Assembly (NCBI GenBank): GCA_905178155.1
Contig: CAJINV010000006.1
Coordinates: 1,005,040 to 1,065,626 of the forward strand
Reading direction: 5' to 3'
Length of the DNA stretch: 60,587 bases
Source of the DNA: Amoebophrya sp. A120
Lineage: Eukaryota > Protista > Dinoflagellata
The notes under the pieces are model-generated. The model did no database searches. It was given only the letters and a program-made list of their open reading frames with translations, and was not told the DNA's origin. The translations under genes and the position numbers were made by a program. Within the stretch, counting starts at the first letter, position 1, and each line of letters begins with the position of its first letter. Below, one piece after another: positions 1 to 11,800 of this stretch.

Positions 1-390
1 GGCACCGCCTGCCCCGCCCGCGGGCGGGGTTTGCGCATCTCCCCTTAGGACATAGCTGCGACGTGCGGAGCGTTCGTGCTTCCCGCTTGGGCGGGTTATG
101 CCTGTGCCCGTCCTCTTCGCACCTCCCTGGCCCTGTTGGTTCGTTGTGGTCCCTAGGGCCCGCGGCCATCGGGGGCGCGGGGTGCGTCTTCTTCGTTCCG
201 CCTCGCCCTTGGCTCGTCGTTGTGGTCCCTAGGGCCCGCGACAGTCGACGGGGGGGGGCGGGGCGGCCGGTTTCCGGCACCGCCTGCCCCGCCCGCGGGC
301 GGGGTTTGCGCATCTCCCCTTAGGACATAACTGCGACGTGCGGAGTTTTGGCGCTTCCCGCTTGGGCGGGCTATGCCTGTGCCCGTCGTC
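1..390. repeat. ~275-bp period direct repeat
   Basis: GGCACCGCCTGCCCCGCCCGCGGGCGGGGTTTGCGCATCTCCCCTTAGGACATA occurs at 1 and again at 276, with similarity continuing for ~115 bp. Confidence 0.85.
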
Positions 391-831
391 TTCGCGCCTC
401 GGCCTTCCTTGCCCCGGCGCAGCGTTCGCGTTTTCTGCTTGGGTGGCCCCCCGGATCGGTTTGCGCCCGCGCGCCGGGCGCCTGCGTTTCGGCAGCTCGT
501 GGCGCCCTCCCCCGCGCGGCGCGCCCGCGCCTGCTACCAGCGGGGCCCCCGGGCCGCGTTTTCTTTTGGGCCCGAGGCCCGAGGCCCGTGCCGCTTGCGA
601 AAGATTCACGACGCCCGGTAGCGCGCGCGCTGCCGTTCCGCGCCTGCCCTGGCACTGCCGTTCCCGCGCTTGTGAGTGTGTTCCGCGCCTGCCCAGATGT
701 TGCGCCGACGAGCCTCGCGCCCCGCTTTTGTTTGCTGCCCCGAGCGAGGTATGTGCTGCTGCTTGTCATAAGTGATTGCGATTCATCCCGTTGTAGACGC
801 TCGCCGGTCAGTTTCAGAATAGACAGAGGAA

Positions 832-1554
832 ATGCCTCGAACCAACGCGGTCCGCACCGTGCGGAAGGAGCCGGCCGCGGCTGTTCCGAAGCCTGTGGCC
901 GCGCCGAAGGGCAATGGTTTAATCCCTTTGCCCGCGAAAGGGCAGCCAGCGAAGGACCGGCAGGCCGCTCCGCACCCGCAAAACCCGCAACAGCGGCAGG
1001 CTTCAGAAGGTTTTCGGACCTCGGCCGTGTCATCTTGGTGCACGATGTGGCCCGCGGGGTGGTTTGGTCAGTCGAGCCAACGCCGGCGGCAGCAGGCCGG
1101 GCGGGTGTTGGTCGTGTTGTGCCGCCTCTCTTTCTTCGGTTGGACCGCCTGCACTACACGGCCTACGCTTCCGCGGGGGCTTTTGCAGTATCCGCGGGCA
1201 AGGCTCCTCGCTCGTCCGCGCTCGCCGTCGCATTGTGTGGAGGCGCCGCTGAGGAGCTGATTGACGAAGTGGCTCAATTTTTCGCCAACTTTGAGAACCA
1301 GGTGGCGCCAAAGGACGACTTCGAGGATTTCCTTGCGGGGTTTGGATTCGCGACGCAGGTAAGCTGTTGGGTGTGTGTATTGATTTGGCGTGTGTTTTGG
1401 CGCTTGGTTGCGTGCTTTTTTGGGGTGTCGCTTTTGTGGTTCCGATTCATGTACCCGACGCGGCATGTGTCTACTTTGATCACAGGACCGGGTCCGGGAT
1501 ATCGTCGAGCGGCTTCTTGATGACGCCCAGCTGAACGACTATGACACGCACTAG
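832..1554 (+). CDS. small spliced ORF, or 5' exons of the helicase gene; function unknown
   Basis: GT-AG intron 1359-1485 joins ...GFATQ to DRVRDIVERLL... in frame; it ends at TAG 1552-1554, which is in the helicase reading frame. 5' exon structure is uncertain. Confidence 0.35.
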
Positions 1555-1776
1555 GAGTATGTCGGGCGGCCTCCGCGACCCCGCGATCCCCAAGGCCCCG
1601 CGGGACCGGCCGGCGGGGCGCCAGCACAAGCAGCGGAAGCGGGTCCGCAGCCGGGAGGCGCAGCACCTGCGAACCCGGTCGGGCAAGCAGTCGCAGGTCA
1701 GGCGGCGGCAGCGCCAGTGAACCCGCAAGCAGGCGAGGCGCAGGCGGCGGCAGCGCCTGCGAACCCGCAAGCAGGC

Positions 1777-4364
1777 ATGGCGCAGGCGGCGGCAGCGCCG
1801 GCGAACCCGGTCGGCGCGGCGCAAGACATCCGGGAGATCTCGCTGCCAACTTTGCGAACGGACCTTGAGGATTGGGCTGCGAACTTCGGGAGGGGCCCCC
1901 AAGAATCGGAATACGCCTTCATCGCTCGCCTCATGGTGCAGTATGTCGTGGATTGGGAACAGGGGCTACAGGAGAAGTTTTCAGAGTATCACTCCGCCGG
2001 GCTGATTTTCCTCCTCCTGCGCAAGTGGGCACTCATCGTCGACGGACAGTGGTCTACTTGGGACGAGCAGTGGCAGGACTCCAGCGACATACAGATCAAC
2101 TCCGTCATGCAGGCAGCCTGGGCGAGGGTCCGGGACGAGCTGGAAAATAATCCACCGCCGGAGGGCTGCGCTTTCCTGTCAAAGCTAGACAACGCGATCC
2201 GGAACAAGCCGGCGCTAACCCTCAAAAAGGCAGCGCCGGTCTTCCACACCGACCGGGCCTTCGACAGTTTCCCGCGCTTCTTCGCCCTGCGGAACTGCTG
2301 CTACGATGTCGCGCAGAGAACCTTCATCGCGAACGACCCCAGGCACCTGTATCGTGTGGGAAGGCCCTTCCCTGCTCCATATTCCAAAGGGGCTGCAGCT
2401 TCTGCAGAATTGTGGCGGCCCGGGGTCTTATGTACGCAGGCCGCCCGCCACGTATTTTCTTTGCGATATGGGGAGGGGGAGGGCGCTTCCATTTTGATAA
2501 CCTTTGCAAGCGGTTTGCCGACGTATTGGTCCCACAAAATCTCCACAACGACCCGAATTGGGCGGACAGGATTGCGACCGACCCCCAGACGGCGGAGGAA
2601 CTGCGTGCGGTTCGGCAGTTCGTCGCCGGTCTCTTCGCGTTTGACGGCGGCGCGCGACACCGCTACGACGGGCCGGTAAGTAGCGACGAAAGCCACCGGG
2701 ACTTGCTTCTCGACCACCTCGCGTCCGCCATCACGGGGGTGCCGCTTCACCGGTATCTGTATTGCTTTAGCCCCCGCGGGCGACAAGGGAAGGGGGTCAC
2801 GCGCCGCCTCACCAAGGCAGCTTTCGGGACGTATTTCGTCCAGTGCAAGCCCAGCGTCTTCGCAGCCGATAAGCGAAGCGTGGAGGAGTGCAGTCCGTTC
2901 TTTTATGGTATTCTATTTGCTTAATGTTTTGGCTTTTGCCTACAGGAATGGGACTTGGGTAGCGCGCGCGGCGCGGTTTTTTTCGGACCTGTTGAGGAAT
3001 CCATGGCGCACACGGAAAACCTGAAAAACAGCCTCCGCCGGAGCGCGCGTCATGTGGATGGACGAAGTGAGCAACGCCATCGAGTCGATGTGGGACGTGG
3101 CGCGATTTACCGGACTGGTATCCAGCGACCCCATCGATGCGCGCCAGATCATGAGCAAGAAGCAGCGCGAGGTGGTGCCCACGTGGCAGTTTATCGGGAC
3201 AGGGAACAGCCAGCCTCTGTTCAACAAGTTCTGCCAGCAGCCTGTAAAGACGCGGTGGGGGACGGTAATTTTTGGGGCCGCCGCTTCTTTCTGCGGTCCC
3301 GTATCTGTTTTCGTGTCGTGTTTGTGTTTCTTTCGTTGCCGCTTGCCTGCGCGGCTTGCTTTTCAGTATTTCTAGTCATTCGAACGCCGTGAACTCGTCT
3401 AAAAACAGTGCTACTTCCCGAACCGGTATTGCGAGCCCGCAGAGCTGGCGAGGGCCGGCGGGTCGCCGCGTCGAAAGTTGGCGGACCCTTTGGTGGAAGA
3501 GAAGGCGGATGAGCTAGGGGGCGCGTTTATGTTGCTCCTTCTACATCGCCACGCAACGACGCCGGTTTTCCAAAACGCCAGGAATCAGTCAGAGACGGGC
3601 GGCCATTGGCACCGGAAGTTCTTTCCTGAAGTCGTACGGGATTGGCTGCATGCATGGGTCCACTCGGTTCCGCCATTGTTCGGCAACCCAGGAAATGTCG
3701 GCAAACAGGACCGCATTGGTGCGCAGATTCTCTACGGCAAGCTAGCGGAATTCGTGGACACCGAGGGCCGGTATAGGTTTCCTCCTAGCTCCAGCCTGTT
3801 GCTTTCTCACCCTTTGCGCCCGATATTTCTTTGCTGGTGGGCCTTCGTTGTGTTTAGTTCCTGTCCTTCGAGAGTGCGGGAATGCTATGCATTCGGCTGC
3901 CTTTTTTTCGCAGGTACAACTGGGCCGCCTTCAACTTCGACCCGTTCGTTCGCCGTCCGGTATTATTCAAGGAGGAGGCGGAGAAGGCGCTCGGGACTCT
4001 GAAAATCATCCATGGCAATCGGAAGTACAACCTCCCCGGGCCCCTTCGTGATGAAGAGCTACCGGCACCGGGCGAGGAGGTCGCGGAGGACGATGTTCCC
4101 GCAGGTGGTCTAGGTGGTGACATTGACATGGATTTCTACGCCCCGGCACCCGGCGACCGGTTGAACCCGGACAGGGAGGACACCGACGACGAAATGGCGT
4201 GGGCGCGGGGAGAGGAGGACCCGTTGCTCGGGGGGATGCCGCCTCGCCGCGAGCCGCCGGATGCGTTCGCGCAGACGGCGGCGAAGCGTGCGAGGCGGTA
4301 CGAGTACACGCCGCTGCGGACGGCTATGGGGCCCTCAGTTGTTACGCTCCCCGCTGCTCCGTGA
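1777..4364 (+). CDS. D5-like superfamily 3 (primase-)helicase, multi-exon
   Basis: D5_N-like FALRNCCYDV...NDPRHLCKR; Walker A-like SPRGRQGKG; Walker B VMWMDE; motif C FIGTGN; downstream DPLVEEK...ELGGAFM. GT-AG introns near 2.9-3.0 kb (boundaries unresolved), ~3265-3408 and ~3777-3913, plus one TAT..ATA insert at 2350-2499. No primase domain recognised; start uncertain. Confidence 0.75.
2350..2499. mobile_element. divergent family-E TAT..ATA introner inside the helicase gene
   Basis: Imperfect TIR; TSD ACCTG/ACCTT; removal joins NDPRHL to CKRFADV. Confidence 0.75.
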
Positions 4365-4795
4365 TATTTGAATGCAAGAGTGGCAAAATTGAAAGGGGGG
4401 GATTGCGCCTGCTGCGTGACGGACTAACTTCGGACGCTCGTGCTGCTTGACCATTTGGGAGCCTGTCACGCGAGGCAGCACTGTCATGTCGTTTTTGCTT
4501 GGGATTTTGCATGACAAATCGCGCAACAGTTCGGGGCGTAACACTTGCGAGCGCCATAGCGGAACACGTTAAGACCCGGGCCTGGTTCCGCTTGGCAAAT
4601 TGTCCGAGAGTGCACGATATGAAGTGCGAAAATTTCTGGGCCTGGAAGATTCTCATGCAGGGCAGGCATCCATGATAGACATCCCGCAAAGTTTGCCATG
4701 CTCGGCGTTGCACTCCAGACCCCGCGGGCCATAGAAAACCTCCGCGATATTTCTGACATCGATCCTTCCAGACCCCGTCACTTTTGCATTTGATA
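4365..4795. mobile_element. degenerate family-A-like TAT..ATA element between helicase and transposase genes
   Basis: Ends TATTTGAATGCAAGAGTG / CACTTTTGCATTTGATA; internal GCATGACAAA and TGTCATG; no TSD visible. Confidence 0.5.
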
Positions 4796-4944
4796 CACAA
4801 ATACCACCGGTTATGAAAACGAGAATCCTTGTCGCTGTCACTTCCGGCCGCCAGCTTCCTGCGACGGACTCACTTCGAGTCTTTCGCGAATTTTGGCACC
4901 GGGAGTGACAGCGACAGGAGGCGTCGCATTCATAAACGTGCTCT

Positions 4945-6946
4945 ATGTGCGGCGTCAGCGAGGTGGCGCACAACAGCACCACGCACAAGCACCTCTTCCG
5001 CTCCTGGCGGCTTCATGGCGACTGCCCGGCAGATCTGCGGGCCGACTTGGCGAAGTTCAACAAAAAGGACGGCCAGCGCGATCCAAATCACAACTTCAGC
5101 GCGAAGGAGCTCTCCAAGGCCTTGCAGAATCAGCCATACCGATACACGACGTCCGGCGGCAACGACATCTCCGCGAAGGTTTTGGCGGATAAAAAACCGA
5201 GCCTGCGCGCGGATGAGTCTTGGGGGCTTGGCGAAATCCTGCGGAAATCGGACCAAGAGCTCCGGGAGCACTACTTCGCGGGCCCCGTCCTCTGTGCGGA
5301 AGCAGGGTGCAAGAGCGAGATGGCGCTCGGCGAGTCGCGGAAGCGTTGCCCGGCGTGGTCCTGCCCCAAGTGCGACAACTCGGCCCCGGTGAGCTTTTTC
5401 CGGACCGACCTGCAGCGAGCAACGACGAGCGTCATGACCTCCGTGCGACTGGTCCGGAGCTTCGTGCTGGGCGAGTCCGCCACCAAAGCCGCCTTCGACT
5501 TGGACATACAGTACAAGGTGGCGCAGGTATGAGGATGAGACGTCTTGCCATTGCCTGGCCCAAGCTGGGAGCAGCTGGCGTCGCTTCTCCGCCGCGCTTT
5601 GTGGGAGTTCGAGCACAGGCCGGGGAGCTCGCACAAAGTGCGAGGGCGATCGTGGGCAGCCGCTCTGTGCTTTGGGCCGACAGTGGCAAGGAGCCTCGTC
5701 TGCATAGCAGGACTTCTACGACGAAATCGCGCGCGCATGCGCCTCCTTGTACCATCTCGCGGCCGTATCAGATTGAAACTCTTTGCCGCAGCCACAGGCG
5801 CGAAGCTTTGCCAGGCAGTCGCCTCGCCAAACTTCTCGGATGTGCCTGCGGCGCACAGTTTCGCATCCATATCCCGGCTACGTCGTCTACCCGGCCCGGC
5901 TCACCATGGAAGCGGATGAAGCCTGCTTCGGGCGCGCCACGGTTTCCGTACGTGGCGCGAAGGTTTTCAAGACCCGCATCTTCCAAGTGGTTCTCCAGCG
6001 AGGAAATCCGGCCTCGGCGAAAGTGTTCGACCTCGGGGTGGTGGAGTCCAGGGAGGTGAGCCGGTTCCCGGTGCTGAGGCAAGCCGTGTGGCGCTACGTC
6101 TACACGGCGCACGTCCGCCCCTCCTGGCTTGGCATCCTCCCCGAGAACAGGAGCGAGGCCAGGATGTTCCTCAGCACCGACTCGGCGAACTGCTACAAGC
6201 TTGCGGAGGCGGAATACATTGTATAACTTAATCTCCACAGGCGCGGCCGGTACGCCCGGCGCGTCGTCGTTTTTGTGTTGATGATGTGCCGCATGACGCA
6301 GCACGGACTGAAAAAGCCCGGCCGGCGCGCCGTTTCATGCCATGAATTTCGGAAACAAAAAACCACACCACAGCCACTAACGGTTGTCCACAGCCAAAAA
6401 GAATTCTGGGCGCGGATAAAGACTCCGGAGCTTCAGCTGGACCTCCCTACCGGCAAGCCGGCCGAGCTGGGAAACAATTCGGCCGAAAATGTTTGGTCCA
6501 ATGTGCGGAAGCTCCTGAAGGTATCGCATTGCGAAGCTCGGCGGCCCGCGTGGCGGTGCCGCTTGTGTTTTTTCTTTGTCACTATCTCCATCCCTTTGCG
6601 TTTCCTCTCTCCGCGCCGTCTTCTTCTGATTCAGTCTGTGCGTACTTGAAAACAGGCCCGCTTCTCCACCATACGCAAGGACCTGCTGCTTGAGAAGCCG
6701 CATCTGGTTTTCGCGATGATGTTCCTCTTCACGTCGTCCCTGCCGGTGGATGGCCGCATCGCCGAGATTCTGCAGCAGCTGAACAGCGACCGCGCTGGCT
6801 GGCAATTCGGGCCGCACATCCCGCCCGAAGGCCTGGAGAGCGCCGACGCGGACGGCCTGTCAGATGATGAGGACTACGAAGCCGGCGCGATTTTGACAAA
6901 GAATCTCGATGGCATGTTCGACCTGGGTGATTTTTTCGCAGAATAG
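4945..6946 (+). CDS. Merlin / ISXO2-like (IS1595 family) DDE transposase, multi-exon
   Basis: Zn-ribbon (CAEAGC...WSCPKC); HTH-like ESATKAAFDLDIQYK; catalytic motifs MEADEACFG, LSTDSANCY, LTVVHSQKEF and GNNSAENVWS, in the order of the VEIDE..FG / SD...Y / TVNH..EF / TN.IE..W signature. GT-AG introns at ~5528, ~6221-6373 and 6521-6655. Start uncertain. Confidence 0.75.
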
Positions 6947-7755
6947 GAAAGCTGCCGAAGGCTTTCGCGCGATTTCTACTATTCTTTCGACTACAGGGCA
7001 ACATAGTCAACTCTCTCGGCACGTTTCAGCTCTTACACATTTGATTTCGAACGCAGCAAGCCCACTAGAACGAAACTTCTCCGACCCACCTTGTCAGATT
7101 TCGCTCGACAATCAAAGAAGCACGTGGACGCTTCCGCTGTCGCGATTCATTTTAGCGACAGGGATCCATGAAAGCCGTCAGCTCGCAAATTCTCCCCGTG
7201 TTCGCCGCACGCACAGCGTGACAAATTCGCTGCACACCCATCGCCAGCGCTGTGTTCTTCGTGACATCACCAGCACGCCGCTGGCCATTCACAAGCAAAG
7301 GCGTAGACCTTTCCGAGCGCCATTTTTTTTTTCCGGTTCGCTTCTTCCAAAACACGGGGGGAAGGCTGTGGGGGGCGACGGGCTGCGGTGGTTCCAAGGG
7401 TTGTACAGGTGGGCGGGCGGAAGGAGGGTTGCGGATGGGCCGCGTTTAGCGCGACGCGCTATCGGGGCCGCCCTGTGGAAAAATCCGTCGCGCCATTGGG
7501 GGGCGCCCTCTGGTAAGCCTCGCGGCGCCATTGGGGGCTCCCTAGGTGTGGCAAAACCCGCCGGGCCATCAGGGGCGCCCTGTGGTAAAGTCCGCGGGCT
7601 TGGTTTGGTTGCGTGCGCCTCTGCTGTCGTATGTGTGTCTCTATATATATGTATAGCACGCACACCACTATGCGCGCTGCGTTTGCTTATAGACAGCATC
7701 CACGGCGTATATAGATGGACTAGATAGACAACCGCGCACACGCACAAGCAGACCA

Positions 7756-8065
7756 GCGGGGGGAGAAGGGTGGCCCAAGCGGGGGGAGAAGGGTGACCCA
7801 AGCGGGGGGAGAAGGGTGACGGTGGGTGGCGCTGGGTGGCGCTGGGTGGCGCTGGGTGGCGTTGGGTGGCGCTGGGTGGCTTTGTATGTCGGCATAATAG
7901 ACCACAAACACACACAAGCAGATCAGCGGGGGGGGGGGGGGGGNNNNNNNNNNNNNNNNNNNNNNNNNNNNNNNNNNNNNNNNNNNNNNNNNNNNNNNNN
8001 NNNNNNNNNNNNNNNNNNNNNNNNNNNNNNNNNNNNNNNNNGGTGGGTGGCGGTGGGTGGCGGTG
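7756..8065. repeat. G-rich tandem repeats (22-mer GCGGGGGGAGAAGGGTGRCCCAA-like; 10-mer GCTGGGTGGC)
   Basis: Directly visible on both sides of the assembly gap. Confidence 0.85.
7944..8041. other. assembly gap (N run)
   Basis: Run of Ns. Confidence 1.
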
Positions 8066-8881
8066 CTCTGTGTCTTTCTGGTATTTCGCATCGATATAAT
8101 ATCAGGAGTATACTTCTCAGAGTAGATCTTCTCTCCAGTTCGCATATCTGTATATGCGGGGGGGGGGGAGGATGGCGCGCACGCTTTTTCTTTTTTTTCA
8201 AAATCAAGAAACACACCGAGGATCCATTTCGCTGCAGTTCTTGCACAAGTAGCAAAAAAATGCAAATCACGATGGTGCTGCACCTATTTGCTCTCATACC
8301 AAGAAGAAGAATAAGAACTCCACCAACTCTACTGTGTGATTTATTTCTATTATCAATCTAGGACGCCATTTATTTTTGAGTGTGAAGACTTTCCCTTTCT
8401 ACTAGCACGTGTTCTCTGCAAGGAGTTCTACTAATTAATGATAATAATTACTTCGATCATATATCTCGTTATTACTTTATTTGGTTTTATTGTCCTCACA
8501 CACTCTACTCCGCAGTAAAAGTATTTGCTTGTCCAACAAGTAGAACCACGGCACCAGCTCCAGCTCGCTGCGGCCTCCAGTGGTGGTCTCAACAACATCG
8601 TTTTTGGGCTAGTATTGATTGACTGCTACTAGTACAACTACAAGCACAACCACTGATTTTTATCACTCGACAGAATAGTTGTATTAAAGGGTACTATACA
8701 TTTATTCCTCTTCTGACCGGGATGTCGATGATGCGAGGTTTGTTGTGGAAGATCTTATTTCTCGTGCTGTCCCAGCAGGACGAGGTGCTCCTGGGGCTCC
8801 TGGGCCGTGGTGGAGGTGGTACAAGAACGACCAGAACTGGAGTGGTTGTGTTGGGAATACACGTCTTTCCTAGAAGTGGTC

Positions 8882-11800
8882 ATGCGGCACCAGGAGGACA
8901 ATCTTCTCTACTTCAAGCACAAGGAGAACAAGTCGTAGCTGCTGTTCAACACCGCCCGACGTTTGAGCAAGTGCTGGACCGCTTTCCGCCGGGTATCGAA
9001 TGCAAAAATGTCTGGGTCTGGAAGTAGATATAGAACTTGTCATGCTAAATCTGAATGATGCAAAAATCTGTGTTGCGTGAGTGCCAAAAGCTGTCCGCTT
9101 TTGACCAAGTTGCGAGGGAGTTTCTCATGCAGGAGAGGCATGATTATAGAGACCTCAGAGAATCTGTCATGCTGGGTCTCGTATTCCAGACCTCATGGGT
9201 CATGGAAAACCTGCATCACAAATCTTGCATTCTTCCAGACCCAGACATATTTGCATTTCATACCGGGGTGGAAGGAGCGGTTTGGGCAATGGTGCACCCC
9301 CCGCAAAATCCCGCGTTACGTCGGACCCGGGAACGTAAGGTCCTGGTTGGAAAAGTACCTATCGAATGCAAAAATGTCTGGGCCTGGAAGAATTGGAACT
9401 TGTGATGCTAATTTTGGATGCTAAAAAAATCTGTATTACATGACCAGCAAGAGGAGCCCAAATTGTGCTACGGGGGGATAGGCATCAGGAAAATATGTGA
9501 TGCTAGATCATGCATTACAGACATCCCGAGTCGTGCAAAATATGCATGACAAACCTGGTAACCTTCCAGACCCAGACATTTTTGCATTTGATAGTACCTG
9601 GCTGTCCAATACAACAGCCGGGGGAAGGAACACCAACAAGAAATAAACGGGTCGTCGCGAGGTCTCCGACAGCTTCTCAATGCACTGCAAGAACCGACCC
9701 TGCGGCTTACTACATTTCTCAATGAGCAGCCACAAGATGATCGCCAACCAACTTACCAGATGTGCAGTTGGCTGCTGCGAAACGCCCTGATGGCAGACCC
9801 TGTTTTGGGGGGCTACGGTGATACCCCCATCACTTCGGAACGACTGGACCTCCGGGCGGCCCTGTTTGATGTGAATCATGTGCCGCAAGACTTACACGAA
9901 GGGAGTGCGCAGCGGGAACTGGCTGAAAACCTTGACAACCAGCTCAAGACGCACCTGGAGTCGGAGCAGGGTACTGCTTCTAGCCACAGTGCCTACAACT
10001 TCCACTCTTTTCTGCCCGAGTTCGTTTTTTGGGCGGACGTTGACGACACGCTGGTGTTATGAACTGCAAAAGTATCGTATTCGTAATCGTATAACTATAA
10101 ATGCATCACAAATTTCCTCAGCATGAGAAATAAAATTTGTCATGCGGATTTGCCTTAAGACAAAGATTTGTAATGCAAGACTTGCATTTATACGAATGCG
10201 ATACTTTTGCACAGGATAAGTGTGTAGTCACAGCAAAACCTTCAGCATCCCCGGCACCGATCAAAGTCTCACGAGGGAGTCCGAACAGACTTTGTCCGCC
10301 AACGAAATGGAAGACCACACGCACCGCGTTTACCCCAACTTTCCCCTCCTGCTGAAGTTTCTGAACATCGAATCTGCGATGCACGCTTTGTATCTACCGG
10401 GAAATGACAAAAGGGGCCAGTATACTTTCGCGGACGTAGACCCCCGGAATGTCGAGGTCGTGCGAGTTAAATTCGAGGAGACGCACAGACACAGAGTTAC
10501 AGTTTATTCCGAGGAGGGGAAGGAATTAGTAGCACCGAAGATTTATTACCGTTCGGTCCCCGTTCCGGTATACGATGTTGCAAAGCGGTTGCCTTGGTAC
10601 CCCGCCCTGCTGTATGCATTACAAAAGTGTATCGTACTGGTAGATGAAATCGCATGACAAATCATGTCCGCAAGAACATGAGGAATGGAATTTTTCATGC
10701 TGATTTACCTTGGGAAACAGATTTATAATGCAAGACTGCGATTACTACGAGTACGATACTTTTGCACGGCATATGCTGACGGCGCGACCGGGCCGGCTCA
10801 TTTCGCAAATGCCGGGGACAAACTCCCGGAGAAGTGCTTCGACGCATGTAGCATTGGCTTATCATATGCAAAAACGTCCCCACCCCATAGTCAAGTTGGG
10901 AACGTAGCAACACAAATCCAGAAGTTTTGGGAGCCACGCATGACAAGTTGCAGTCCTGAGTGTAGTGGATTTTGGCAAGGACAGCCGCATCAGAAATCCA
11001 TCTGCTTATCCCGTTTGCAGCATTACAAATGCCAAAACTTGATTGAAAATGCCTCCCTTGGGGACGCGCATGACAAATGTTCCTGCAATTGCAAATCAGC
11101 ATTACAACTCTGGGGTGGGGACGTTTTTACACAGGATATGGTTCGCAGAAAGGTTATGGTGACGAGATCGCACTTCCCTGCGCTGGCGTACCACGTGCGC
11201 CTGCCTCGGGAGCCGTTGGAAGCCAGGACCGGGGAACGCTTCGGCCGCGGCCCGTTGATGATCCTGCCGGGCTCCGACCGGGCCGGTGCTTTGATCGGCG
11301 CAACGTTCGGAGAAACTGGCATCCGCAAGACGAATCGAGCAGAGTACGAGGCCCATAACCCTCAGGCCGCCTGCACGCTTGCGGGAGACCGCAAGTTCGA
11401 GGTGCTCAGCCAGGCGCTGCAAATTCTCCCAGAACTGAAGGAGACCAGCCGGGTGTTTTTCGGCGACGACGGGCAGGCGGACTACTGGGTCGCGGAAAAA
11501 GGACTAAATGCAAACCTGCTTAGCTTCGCCGCCATCAAGCGCGTTTGGACTCTCGACAAAGCCACCGGGCGTAAAGGGTTCAAAAATGAAAAGCCGTTGC
11601 AACCGCCGACTACACGGCAAATTTACTGGGTTGCTGAGGGCAACCTTTTGGGCCCGAACGAGGCCGTGCCCGGGGGAAAAACAGAAACATATGCATTGTA
11701 AAAATGTCTGGGTCTGGGAGGTTGCAACTTGTGATGCTGTGTGTGGATTCCAAAAAAAATTTGTATTGCATGACCAGCAACAGGTGTCCAGTTCTTGCTA

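Larger units (their letters stand above)
1..8102. mobile_element. GC-rich candidate large composite element (D5-like helicase + Merlin/ISXO2 transposase); left end outside window
   Basis: Abrupt shift in GC content and codon style versus downstream host genes; two mobile-element-type genes; tandem repeats at both ends (1-390, 7756-8065); motif TTTCGCATCGATATAATAT at 8084-8102 shared with the end of the insertion at 53059-53940. Confidence 0.55.

Noticed and set aside
4945-6946. Merlin transposase as the established mobiliser of the introners
   Set aside because: Merlin/IS1595 enzymes normally make 8-9-bp TSDs rather than 5 bp, and no matching introner-type TIR pair encloses the gene; kept only as a hypothesis.
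63-7915. Numerous overlapping Arg/Ala/Pro-rich ORFs on both strands
   Set aside because: Shadow ORFs from high GC content and tandem repeats; only the helicase and transposase frames carry recognisable motifs.
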